Numbered from the stretch's first letter, positions 21,629-31,325 are shown. The stretch is 64,000 bases of DNA from an uncultured Planctomycetota bacterium (GCA_963823665.1 CAWGMQ010000011.1:1024001-1088000); one strand, 5' to 3'. Made by a program: numbers and translations. Notes: generated by a model from the letters alone, not told the origin.

Positions 21629-21879
21629 TTCGGGTGAAGGCGAAGTTGGAGAATTCGGAGTTTGGTCCGCAGATGACGCAGAGGAACGCAGATAAATCAG
21701 ATGGAAGACAATTTCGGGCGAAGGCGAAGTTGCAGAATTCGGAGTTTGGTCCGCAGATGACGCAGAGGAACGCAGATAAATCAGATGGAAGACAATTTCG
21801 GGCGAAGGCGAAGTTGCAGAATTCGGAGTTTGGTCCGCAGATGACGCAGAGGAACGCAGATAAATCAGATGGAAGACAA
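21629..21879 (+). repeat. Tandem array of three 84-bp units
   Basis: Units start at 21629, 21713 and 21797; units 2 and 3 essentially identical, unit 1 differs at two positions; core GTCCGCAGATGACGCAGAGGAACGCAGAT. Confidence 0.95.
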
Positions 21880-22081
21880 ACGGAACGGGCCCGCGCTGGA
21901 ACCGCTGATGGGTGCGGGCGGCCGTCCTTTATCGGGTCTCTTTTGGTGGGTGAAGCGCCGATGGTGTCTGCGGCCGTGCCGCGAGATAGACTGACGCATC
22001 GTGGTCGATCACAAACGTCTTCGTGTCGATCTTGTGTCGTAGCAGGGTCGACGGACTTATCGGAGTGGAAGCGTTTTCTCC

Positions 22082-22524
22082 ATGATGAAGAAACGCGCGA
22101 TCCTCGGACTTATGCGATCATCGGGGCTGCGATCGAGGTGCATCGGAGGCTTGGTTGCGGGTTTTCGGAGCCTGTCTACCAGGATGCTCTCGAAGTCGAA
22201 TTTCTGCATCGGGGGATACCTTTCCAGCGTGAGCTGGAGCTGAGGATCGCGTATCGAGAGCAGATTCTACGAAGCTTCTACAAGGCCGATTTCGTGTGTT
22301 ACGGATCGATCGTCGTGGAGCTCAAGTCGCTCGCGGGATTGGATTCAGCGCATATCGCGCAGGTCATCAACTACTTGAAAGCCACGGGCCACACTGCGGG
22401 ACTGCTGCTCAACTTCGGCACATCACGTCTGGAATGCCGCCGGTTGATCTTTTCGGGACCGACGTCGGAGGTTCTGGACGAGACCGTCTATTCAAGGCCC
22501 GCAGACGACTTGAGCGAATGCTGA
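22082..22524 (+). CDS. GxxExxY protein (PD-(D/E)XK nuclease superfamily)
   Basis: YAIIGAAIEVHRRLGCGFSEPVYQDAL...ADF...VVELKS...AQVINYLKAT...GLLLNFG. Start uncertain: in-frame ATG 21961, or ATG 22082 with a one-base indel. Confidence 0.92.
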
Positions 22525-22556
22525 CGCGGCCGTGTCGCTCGAAAGTCAAATCCCCG

Positions 22557-22658
22557 GTCCGCAGATGACTGGCGATCGGCTCAGATCAAAAAACGAGTCA
22601 CTCGCAAGCGGAAGCGTCGCTTCGATTTCATCTGCGTCCATCTGTGACATCTGCGGAC
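22557..22658. repeat. Inverted pair of the GTCCGCAGAT motif downstream of the GxxExxY gene
   Basis: GTCCGCAGATGAC at 22557; the reverse complement of 22624..22658 reads GTCCGCAGATGTCACAGATGGACGCAGATGAAATC. Confidence 0.85.
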
Positions 22659-22746
22659 AGTTCCGCCCTCCCCTGCTGCGCCAGCCGTCCGGTCATCGCA
22701 CGTCGACTGGGTCTACCTGTGGACGTCCGACTCGCTCCGAACGTTC

Positions 22747-23128
22747 TTACTCAGTGCCCTGACGCGGACCGGGCCAGTGCGGCAGCGCATCCTTCAGCGC
22801 CCCGATCGCCAGCGCCGGGCAATGCAGCTTATCCGGCGGCACGCCCTCAAGCGCCTCAATCAGACCCTCGACCGTCAGTTCCCGGCACTCCGCGATCGAT
22901 TTACCCTTGATCATCTCCGTCAGCATCGACCCACTCGCAATGGTCGGCCCGCAACCGACGGTGTGATACTTCGCCGCCACGATCCGCTCTTCTTCGACCT
23001 TCAGATAGAGGATCATGAACGCCCCTCGACCTGGCGCCGGCGTGGCCGGTCAGGTCGGGGTTCTCGATCGCCCCACCGTTTCGAGGCGACATGACGTGCT
23101 CGGTCAGCGTTTCGGAGTACTTCCCCAT
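22747..23128 (-). CDS. IscU/NifU-N-like Fe-S scaffold homologue (atypical), frameshifted near 23030
   Basis: YSETLTEHVMSPRNGG (frame 1) joins MILYLKV...GCGPTIASGSMLTE...PDKLHC (frame 2). Confidence 0.8.
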
Positions 23129-23232
23129 GCTTGGAACTTACGCAATGCGACTCTTGAATCCACGCCTCGCCGAACTAACTTGAAAATAGGTCTGACCACC
23201 GGGAGGGGTAGAGATTGGCGAATCGACGGCGC

Positions 23233-23276
23233 TCGCTCCGCGCGGGGACGTGCCTTCGCGGAGCGAAGGCCGACCA
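23233..23276. repeat. REP-like palindrome TCGCTCCGCG...CCTTCGCGGAGCGAAGGCCGAC
   Basis: 10-bp inverted arms at 23233 and 23257; TTCGCGGAG is also present in the 13.4-kb repeats. Confidence 0.6.
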
Positions 23277-24548
23277 TTGTTCTGGGCCGTCGCCTCAGGC
23301 AGTGATTTGATCGGGTGGGCTGCCTCGTCGCGGCGCGGGGGTGTCGGTTGACGCCCGCCGGCGGGTTGGATGAATGGCGCCGACGAACCGAGAGGCTCAC
23401 GGACTGGACGGACACCCTGGAGGCGGGGGTCGCGTTGGGTGTTTTTTCCGTTTTTTGGCCGCGGCGCGCGAACCTGAGGTTCAAGTAAGCCGCGTGCGCG
23501 ACGGAGCGCTTGCCTCAACTCGGTATAACCCCGAGCTGGTCTACAGTCCTCTCGTCTCTTCAAAACCGGTCGGCGAGTGCTTCGAAGCCCGATTGCATGC
23601 AGAGTGGTTTTCAGGCGGTCTTTCTTCCCAGTTTGGAATGGAGCCACTCATGATCACTCTGCTGCGCAAACGTATGCACCACGAGACCGGCAAGCCACTT
23701 CGCCGCGCCGAAGTTCGCTGGTGCTGCGCGCCCAGGTCGCTTATGGAGCGCCCCGATCCACTTTCCCAACCAGAATCGCCATCGATTCCTCGCCGAGCAC
23801 GCCGCTCCTGCCCCACCCAGCACGCCCCGGCGCCATCGCGACCCCCTCGGTTCCCGCCGTTGACCCTCGATCACCTATTCTCGTGTCGAACCGTTTCCCT
23901 AACATCAGGTTGCGGGGCGCGCTCAACGGGCTTCTTGAACCGGGATTTGAGATTCGGCTTCGCGAACTCAAATCCTCATTGGGATTCGATCGAGCTGATC
24001 GTTGCATCCGTTGCAACCCGGATAAAAATCCCAGGTTTTCTGGTCGACGAAATGGCCGAATCGCGAAAGTGGGCCCATAATATACATAGCTCTTTCTCGA
24101 TCGCCGACACCGGAGTCGGCGCGAGGGGCGAGCCACCCATGTCTCTGGAACCGGGAATGACTGCTCCGTTTGCTCGAGCGCGTGCTCGAGGAACTCAGGC
24201 CGGTGTGATCCTCGCTTTACCGCGGCAACGAAGCGGCTGGTCTGCGCTTGCAATGGGGGAACAGTTCCCGACGAAAAGCTGTCAAGTTTGTGCTGTGGCG
24301 ATCGCGGGACAGGTTTGGACCAGGGTGAGGGCGGGTTTTCACCCGGTGGGCCGGGGCATCGTTGTGCGGGCTTGGCGGCGTTATCCTCTTTGTTTCTCAG
24401 CATTTCCGTGCTGCTCAGGGGCATTTCGGCCTGCCATCGCGCGGGGCTCCCAACGGCAATAAGAATGGGACTGTTTTTGGAGTCAGGAGTTCCATTCAAC
24501 GGGTCGAGCCGCGTACGGCCCCCTCACGGCCCGTGAACTTGGGTCGAG

Positions 24549-24800
24549 AAAGGTCTGGCTTGGTTTACCTCATTATGTCGACGTTGCCATATGGCGACGC
24601 GCGTCAGTGGCCGTTGGCACGTTGGTGCTCTTAGCCCGACATTTAGCATGGTCCGAGAGGCTTCGACCTTGTCATTGGTGACTTGCCATGCCGGGTTTTT
24701 CCGGCGTGGTATTGATCCCGTTGGGGAGACTATTTCGTTCCCGATACCCCTCTTGGCTCGCGGCGCCTTGTCGTTTCACCACACCTACCCGCGAAGCGGA
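24549..24800 (+). ncRNA. Candidate IS110 bridge-RNA region
   Basis: Non-coding left end upstream of the recombinase with several hairpins (GTTGCCAT/ATGGCGAC; GCCGG-GTTTTT-CCGGC). Inferred from position only. Confidence 0.4.
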
Positions 24801-24808
24801 GAGATCCC

Positions 24809-26251
24809 ATGCTTGTCCCCCACGAAGAGCCGAAGAAGCCACGCAAGCCCAAGAAGCCGAGCAAACCCAAGGAGCCGACCAACAAGCCGCGGGTCAGGTC
24901 GCTTCCCGTCCCCGTCCCCGCCTCCTCTGCACCGCTCAGTGTCGTGAATCCAGACGCAGCCGGAGTTGATGTTCATTCCGACATGCATATGGTCTGCGTT
25001 CCCGCTGACCGCGACGTTGACCCAGTCCGCCAGTTCGGTGCCAACACCGCCGATCTTCAGGAGATCGCTGTGTGGTTAAAGAAATGCGGCGTAAAAACCG
25101 TCGCGTTGGAATCCACCGGCATTTACTGGATTCCTCTGTTCGAGCTCCTCGAATCCCAGGGCTTCGAGGTTATGCTAGTCGAACCGGGACAGCTTTCGCG
25201 TTGTGGCGCGCGCCCCAAGACGGACGTACTCGACGCGCAGTGGATCCAGCGGTTGCACTCCTACGGCCTCTTACGTGGGTCGTTCCGACCTCCGGACTCC
25301 GTGTTGGCCCTGCGCGCCTACTCCCGGCAACGGCAGATGCTGGTGCGTTACGCCGCTGCTCATGTCCAACACATGCAGAAGGCCTTGGAGCAGATGAACG
25401 TCAAACTGACGGAAGTCATGAGCGACATCACGGGACTGACGGGCATTTCGATCATCGACGCCATTCTGCGAGGCCAACGCAATCCCAAGAAGCTGGCCAA
25501 ACTGCGGCATGGGCGCTGTAATCACAGCGAGGAGCAGATTGCCCTAGCGTTGGAAGGGACATGGCGGCCCGAACATCTCTTCGAGCTGCGGCAGGCGCGC
25601 GAGCTGTACCAGTTCCATCATGGGCAGATCACCGAGTGTGACCAGCAGATTGAAGCCGAACTGGCCAAATTCGAAAACCGGGCGGGAGAGAAGACACAAA
25701 CTGGTAAGCCACGCACGCGTGGTCGCAAAAGCAACGATGCCCGATTCGAGGCGACGGGCCCGTTGTTCCAGGCATTGGGTGTAGACCTGACAAAAATCGA
25801 GGGAATCGGCGTGGGAACGGCCCTGATCATTCTGGCCGAAATCGGTGTGGACGTCAGTCGGTTTCCCACGGAGAAGCACTTCGCAAGTTGGCTGCGTCTT
25901 TGTCCTTCCCAGGATGAGAGCAATAAGACCAAAAGACGTCGCGGTCATCGCCAAGGGAAGAACCGAGTCGCTATCGCCCTACGGATGGCCGCGCAGTCAG
26001 CAGGCAAGACGATGACACCCTTGGGCATGTACTACCGACGGATCAAAAGTCGGATCGGTGGACTTGGAGCCGTCAAGGCGACTGCACACAAGCTGGCCTG
26101 TTTGGTCTACAGGATGCTCAAGTACGGCGAAGAGTATGTGACCCAGTCGATGGAGGAGTACGAGGCCAAGATCAAAGCCAATCTGGTGAGAGCGCTCCAG
26201 CGGAAGGCGGCGGCGATGGGCTTCCAGCTCAGTCCGATAGCAACGCTATAG
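24809..26251 (+). CDS. IS110 family transposase/recombinase (DEDD RuvC-like plus Tnp20)
   Basis: AAGVDVH, ALESTGIYW, PKTDVLDAQW, IEGIG, RFPTEKHFASW and ATAHKLA; uninterrupted 480 aa. Confidence 0.96.
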   Translation: MLVPHEEPKKPRKPKKPSKPKEPTNKPRVRSLPVPVPASSAPLSVVNPDAAGVDVHSDMHMVCVPADRDVDPVRQFGANTADLQEIAVWLKKCGVKTVALESTGIYWIPLFELLESQGFEVMLVEPGQLSRCGARPKTDVLDAQWIQRLHSYGLLRGSFRPPDSVLALRAYSRQRQMLVRYAAAHVQHMQKALEQMNVKLTEVMSDITGLTGISIIDAILRGQRNPKKLAKLRHGRCNHSEEQIALALEGTWRPEHLFELRQARELYQFHHGQITECDQQIEAELAKFENRAGEKTQTGKPRTRGRKSNDARFEATGPLFQALGVDLTKIEGIGVGTALIILAEIGVDVSRFPTEKHFASWLRLCPSQDESNKTKRRRGHRQGKNRVAIALRMAAQSAGKTMTPLGMYYRRIKSRIGGLGAVKATAHKLACLVYRMLKYGEEYVTQSMEEYEAKIKANLVRALQRKAAAMGFQLSPIATL

Positions 26252-26693
26252 AGGAATCGATCGAGGCCGTCGCCATCGCGCTACAGGCCTGTCACAATGC
26301 TCAACGCCGCGAAGCCCACTTCTCGCATATTCGTTGTTATGGGGGTCTGGGGGAAATCTGCGCGTCGTTCGCTACAAAATGCAGGAACAAACCCCAAATA
26401 ATCGAGTCATGTTGTTGATTGCTTGGGGAGTTCATGGGGAGTTCCATTCACGTATACTTATCTGTAAGGCGCGAAGTATGGCTCGGGGGTTTGACTGCGG
26501 TGCGCGAGAGGAGACGGTGAACTTGCGCTGCGAGAAACTGGTTCGACGCAATTGCGGGCTGGAGGAGTCAGACACGATGTTACAACGCGGATGGCGCAGT
26601 GCGTGCGTCGAGAGTAGGGCCGAGGATGGACCACGGAGCACCGGAGAGAAGCTGGAACCTTTGGGTTGGCGGGAGGCAGAGAATGACGGCGGG

Positions 26694-26717
26694 CGGCACA
26701 CGGAGTGTGCCTGCTAC
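26694..26717 (-). repeat. GTAG-type REP (GTAGCAGGCACACTCCGTGTGCCG)
   Basis: Identical to the copy at 51205..51228. Confidence 0.85.
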
Positions 26718-27201
26718 AAAGGCGCGGCGGTTACGGTTTGTGTGGCACTTTCAGGGCGAATCAGCCGTTCCCGTAACCCTTACGGCGTAAGGACGCGCGA
26801 CGAATGTACAAAACGAAATCGGTGGAGGGTGGTGGGCATGAGCTCGGATAGAAGCACGAGTCGGCAGACCGTGACACCGACGCGTGCGGTGCGATGCCAA
26901 CTATTGTCGTGGCGACCGCTATCCTCACAAATATTCGCCAGCGTCGCTGGGACTACCAAAAGTAGCGTCCGAAGGCGTTGCTTGTCTCGTTGATCTGGAT
27001 CAGCGCTGTTCGCTTGGCGAAGAAACCAAAAAAATTTACGCTGGGCGAAAGTTCGATCGGGAATCCACAAAGGTCGGGCAAGATAGCCAAAAGAGCGAAC
27101 CGTTTGATTCTCGTTTGATGGTTCTGGAAAGAAAAGGGAACGATCGTCCGCACTGATGTACTCATAGGATAAACAGCCAGGAATTCGGAGAGCCATAAAA
27201 A

Positions 27202-29514
27202 ATGTCCAGTATCCGTCGCGGAGCGGTAGTCAATTCGATTCAACGACTCTTCGATGAAGGCACGGTCGTTTCCCTTGGCGAGCGACAGCTCCTCGATCGC
27301 TTTCTCACTCGAGCGGACGAGTCGGCATTCGAGGCGATCGTCGGGCGGCACGGTCCAATGGTGCTGAGCGTTTGCCGGCATGTGCTGGCTGACGAGCACG
27401 ACGTCGAAGACGCCTTTCAGGCGACATTTCTCGTTCTGGTCACGAAGGCCGGTTCGATTCGTGACCGCGACGTACTGGGAACCTGGCTTTACGGAGTGGC
27501 CCGCCGCGTGGCCGTTCGCGCCCAAACCAAGGCAAGGCGCAGGCAGTCGCGCGAGTGCCCGGGAGTGGAGGGAATTGACGTGCGGGATGATCGTTGCAAT
27601 CTGGTGGAATCGAACGAGATCCGCACGATGGTCGGCGCCGAGCTGGATCGTTTGCCGCAACGGTTGCGGGACCCGCTGATCCTTTGCGACCTCGAGGGCC
27701 GAACTCACGAGCAAGCTGCCCTCGAGCTTCGGTGCCCGGTCGGCACCGTCAAGAGCCGGCTGTCGCGAGGGCGCAAGCGGCTGCGTGCTCGGTTGGCCCG
27801 GCGTGGTCTGGCGACTCCTTCGCTCCTTCCCGGGCCGATGCTCGTCGGCGATCCGATGTCGGCCGTGCCCATCGACTTGCTCAGTCACACTGTGCGAGCC
27901 GCGACCCAGTGCGCGACCAAGAACCTCGTCAGTGGCGGGTTGATCACCGCTCGATCCGCTGCTCTCACAAAAGGAGTGATCCATACGATGGCGATGACGA
28001 AATTGAAGATCGCGATGGCCGCATGTTTGATAGCGGGTTTGACGGGCGCTGGTGGCTTAAGGGCCGTGAAGCTGATTCCCGCGCTGCCATCGCAGGGCGT
28101 CGCCTGGGCCGCCGGCCAGCCAGATCAGCAGGTGTCTGTCAAACCCGGATCGGAGACATCTCGGATCGAGAACGCCGAAGCGATTAGCGCTCGACAAGCC
28201 GGCCGAGAGCAGCCCACTCCGCAGCAAGGTTCTGTGCGGATTGATAAAACCGAGGCGCAGACACCTGTGGAACCCGGCTCCGAGCGATTCGTGCTCGACA
28301 ACGGCTTGACCGTCCTGCTCCGGCCGATTCGTGGCTCCACGTCGATCGCCCTCACTGTTCTCTATTCCATCGGCAGCGACCACGACCCTGCCGGGCGCTC
28401 GGGATTGACGCACATGGTTGAGCACCTCTATGTCACGGCGGCCGCCGGGCAGGAGAAGGCACGGACCGCCGAGGAATTCGCGCGGAGATACGCGCTGGGC
28501 GCCAACGCGCAGACCGGGCATCGCTACACGGTTTTCGCCGCGGTTTTCCCGACAAAAGCGCTCGAAGTCGAACTGCGAGACGCGGCCGCGAGGATGGGCG
28601 ACTTGCGGATCACGGCCGCGGATCTGGATCGCGAACGGCCGCGATTGCTCGAGGAAGTCGACAACATGTTCGGTGCCATGCCGATGCTCGGTGCGCTCAA
28701 CAGCGCCCGCGAGCTGGTACGTCCGACCTCCGCGGGTGGGCGAGCCGGCGGCTCGCCTGAGCATCTTCGCGCGCTGAAACCGGAGGAGGCTCGGGCATAC
28801 TGGCAGCGTTATTACAAGCCTCGCAGCGCGATCCTCGCGCTGGCGGGCGACATTGATACGGCGCTGGTTCGAAAGGCGATCGAGGCCCACTTCGGCACGA
28901 TTCCCTCTGGCGAAAAGGCACCCTCGCCTCTCGAGCCCGAAAAACCGATCCTGGGAAAAACGCGCGAGCTGACGGTCAATGCGTTCGAGCCCGATGCGGC
29001 CTCGATTGCGTGCCTGGCATACGCCGCGCCCGAGCCCGGAAACGAGACTCTACGTGCCGTTTCTCGTGCTCGTGTCTCGGCTATGGGCCGCAGGCTCGAA
29101 ACTCGGCAACGACGGACCGACCGGCTCGCCGGTTTACTTCACGCCGCTCGATGACGGCAGCGTCGTCGCCATTTCTACAGAAGCGAGGCCGGGGGAGACA
29201 AGCGCTCAGGCGTTCTGCGCATCGAGGCCGTGGTCGCGGAAACCCTCGCGCCGAAGCTGCGGCCATTCGAGATCGCCGCCACCCGTCAGCAACTGGCACC
29301 GTTCTTGCTCAATCAACATCTTCCCGAGAACATTCTCTCCAAGAACATCTATGGCGTGGCGTTCTCGCTCGGCCGGCGCCGTCAGTTGGGAATCGATCCA
29401 GCCAAACTGGACAAGGCACTCGGTGCCGTGACCGAGCGGGACATTCGCCGGGCGGCGACGGAAATCTTCACACCTTCCCGTCATGCGGGGGCGTTTGTAT
29501 CCGTAAAGAAGTGA
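27202..29514 (+). CDS. ECF sigma factor fused via a TM helix to an M16 (insulinase-like) metallopeptidase, frameshifted near 29045 and 29215
   Basis: Sigma regions 2 and 4, hydrophobic IAMAACLIAGLTGAG, then FVLDNGL, GLTHMVEHL (HxxEH), ERPRLLEE and YYKPRSAILALAGD; C-terminus continues in ORFs 28979..29431 and 29230..29514. Confidence 0.85.
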
Positions 29515-29568
29515 GCAGCCATTGTGCCGACGAGGCTGCCGTTTTGGATCGCGTTCCAGCCCTGGCGG

Positions 29569-29768
29569 TCAACCCAAGCCATTCTTCCGGTCATACGGCA
29601 CGATGTTTTCCCACTCGCTCGCGTCGGAGCGAGCAACCACGGCGACCACCGGCTCGGTCTCGCTCAGGTTGAACACCTCGTGCGGCACTCCAGGCTCGAT
29701 GTAGATGAAGTCGCCCGCCCCGTTCTCGATCGATTGCTTGCACCCTGGGCCATACTCGTGACGGACCC
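29569..29768 (-). pseudogene. Cupin-domain gene, 3' half (interrupted by IS3)
   Basis: VRHEYG...GDFIYIEPGVPHEVFN is cupin motif 2. Confidence 0.85.
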
Positions 29769-30041
29769 TGTCTTGGTTCACCGTGAAATGGAATTTCGTC
29801 CGATTGGCGTAAATGAATGGGGAACGGCATCGTGGCCTGGATGTCGCGGCATCGTGCCGCGAAGGTTTGTCGCATTGGTGCCAATCCCGGAGCTGTCGTG
29901 CTGCGATCGAGGAGAGACGCAGAGCCGAGGTATGCTCGGCTCTGGCTCCGGTCTTGGCCCCTGGCTCGGCGCTCGGGGTGCTCCTCAGCAGTGCCCTATC
30001 CTCCGCCCAGGTCAACATCGTTTGTAGCTCGTCCGCGATCT

Positions 30042-31032
30042 TCACGCAACCTCTTGTGACCCGTGTCTAACTGTTGCTCGACGCTCGCGCGCCTCCTCCA
30101 GCTTGCGGTCACGCTCAGCGAAGATTTCTTTTTCCAGCCCGATCAACTTGTCGGCTGGGGTCAAATAACCTAACGCGCTATGCAACCGTATATTATTGTA
30201 GTGATCCACATATGATGCAATGTGACGTAGAGCCTCATCGAACGAAGACACCGCCGCTGGCCGTACGCACTCGCGTTTCAAACTGCCGTGCCAGCGCCTC
30301 AAGTTTTCCGTTCGATTGCGGATAATACGGGCTCGTCCGAACGTGCGTTATGCCCGTCAGCCGGATGAATTCCTTGAAATCCCGGGCAATGAACTGCGGG
30401 CCATTGTCACTGATGATCCGTGGCTTTTCTCCTGGATGCCGCTCCAACGCCCGCTGGATGATTGTCTCGACTTCGCGCTCGGTCATGCTCTCACGAATCT
30501 CCCAGTGCACAATGTATCGGCTGCAACCGTCCAGCACGCTCGTCAGGTAGTAAAACGTCCCCGAGACGTTGATGTAAGAGATGTCCACATGCCAGTGTTC
30601 ATGAGGCACCAGTGGTTGCACGAAGCCGGTTCCCTTCTTCGACGGTGAGAACCGCCTGCGATCGAGCCGGTTCGCTTGCTTGAGCACGCGATAGACGCTC
30701 GCTGGGCTGACGGCCACCACGTCGTCGTCGAGCATCATGAAGGTCAAGCGGCGATATCCTTCGAGAGGATGGCGATCGTGAAAATCGACGATGGCTCGTT
30801 TTTCCCAGTCCTCGAGCCACCAATCGCGCGGGACCTTGCCGTTGTGCTCGTTGACTTTGCCGTAACGGTGCTTCCAGTCGTGGAACTTACTTGTGCCCAG
30901 GCCGAGCCAACTCAGGAGCTGACGAGCCGGAAGCTCCGTGCGGTCGACCCAATGCTTGACGTAGTCGACGACCTGGTCACGCGTGTCGTGGGGAACCCAG
31001 GCTCCGTTCAGAGTTCCCCAAGTTCTTTTTTT
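30042..31032 (-). CDS. IS3 OrfB DDE transposase (rve), extra frameshift near 30295
   Basis: WHVDISY, SDNGPQF, PQSNGKLE|RWHGSLK and YNNIRLHSALGYLTP; reached from orfA by a -1 shift at AAAAAAG. Confidence 0.9.
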
Positions 31033-31325
31033 AGCTGGACGTGCTCCTGCATCAGCTCGGCGATGACCTCGTTCTTCTTGACGAGACTGGATTGGAGCCG
31101 CTCGACGAGCTTCGCTTGAAGCCGCTCTGCGCGGGGCGGACGGCCTGCTGCGCGCTCCAAAGCATGCTCGGCCTGGTCGAGTACCTGCTTAATCCAGTTG
31201 TGGATCTGGCTGGGTTGAAGGCCGAACTCATCGGCCAAGTTGGAAACAGGCTCTTTGCCACTGATATGGCGACGGACGATTTGAGCCTTTTGCGGCGCTG
31301 AGAAATGCCGGCGCGACTGTCTCAT
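31008..31325 (-). CDS. IS3 OrfA (HTH)
   Basis: RRHFSAPQKAQIV...VSNLADEFGLQPSQIHNW, with a coiled-coil C-terminus. Confidence 0.9.
   Translation of the reverse strand: MRQSRRHFSAPQKAQIVRRHISGKEPVSNLADEFGLQPSQIHNWIKQVLDQAEHALERAAGRPPRAERLQAKLVERLQSSLVKKNEVIAELMQEHVQLKKELGEL

Larger units (their letters stand above)
24486..26450 (+). mobile_element. IS110-family insertion sequence (ends approximate; left end at about 24486 or 24546, right end at about 26441)
   Basis: Transposase ORF with 260-320 bp of 5' and about 190 bp of 3' non-coding flank; no terminal inverted repeats; GGAGTTCCATTCA on both sides. Confidence 0.75.

Noticed and set aside
21629..21879. CRISPR array
   Set aside because: Units are identical along their whole length with no unique spacers, and no cas genes are in the window.
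23420..23485. Phage cos/packaging-like site
   Set aside because: Only a vague resemblance (G-run, T-tracts, GCGCGCG); no terminase or other phage genes in the window.
23374..24462. 362-aa ORF as a real gene
   Set aside because: Arg/Pro/Ser-rich, atypical codon usage, no motifs; the overlapping antisense ORFs are equally implausible.
26334..26993. 219-aa ORF downstream of IS110
   Set aside because: It crosses the IS end and a REP (the GGRHTECACY translation is the REP itself); not protein-like.
27130..27170. Shared ECF autoregulatory promoter (GGAAC-N16-GTACT) upstream of the three ECF genes
   Set aside because: The equivalent regions near 3441 and 61633 match poorly; too weak to call without an alignment of orthologues.
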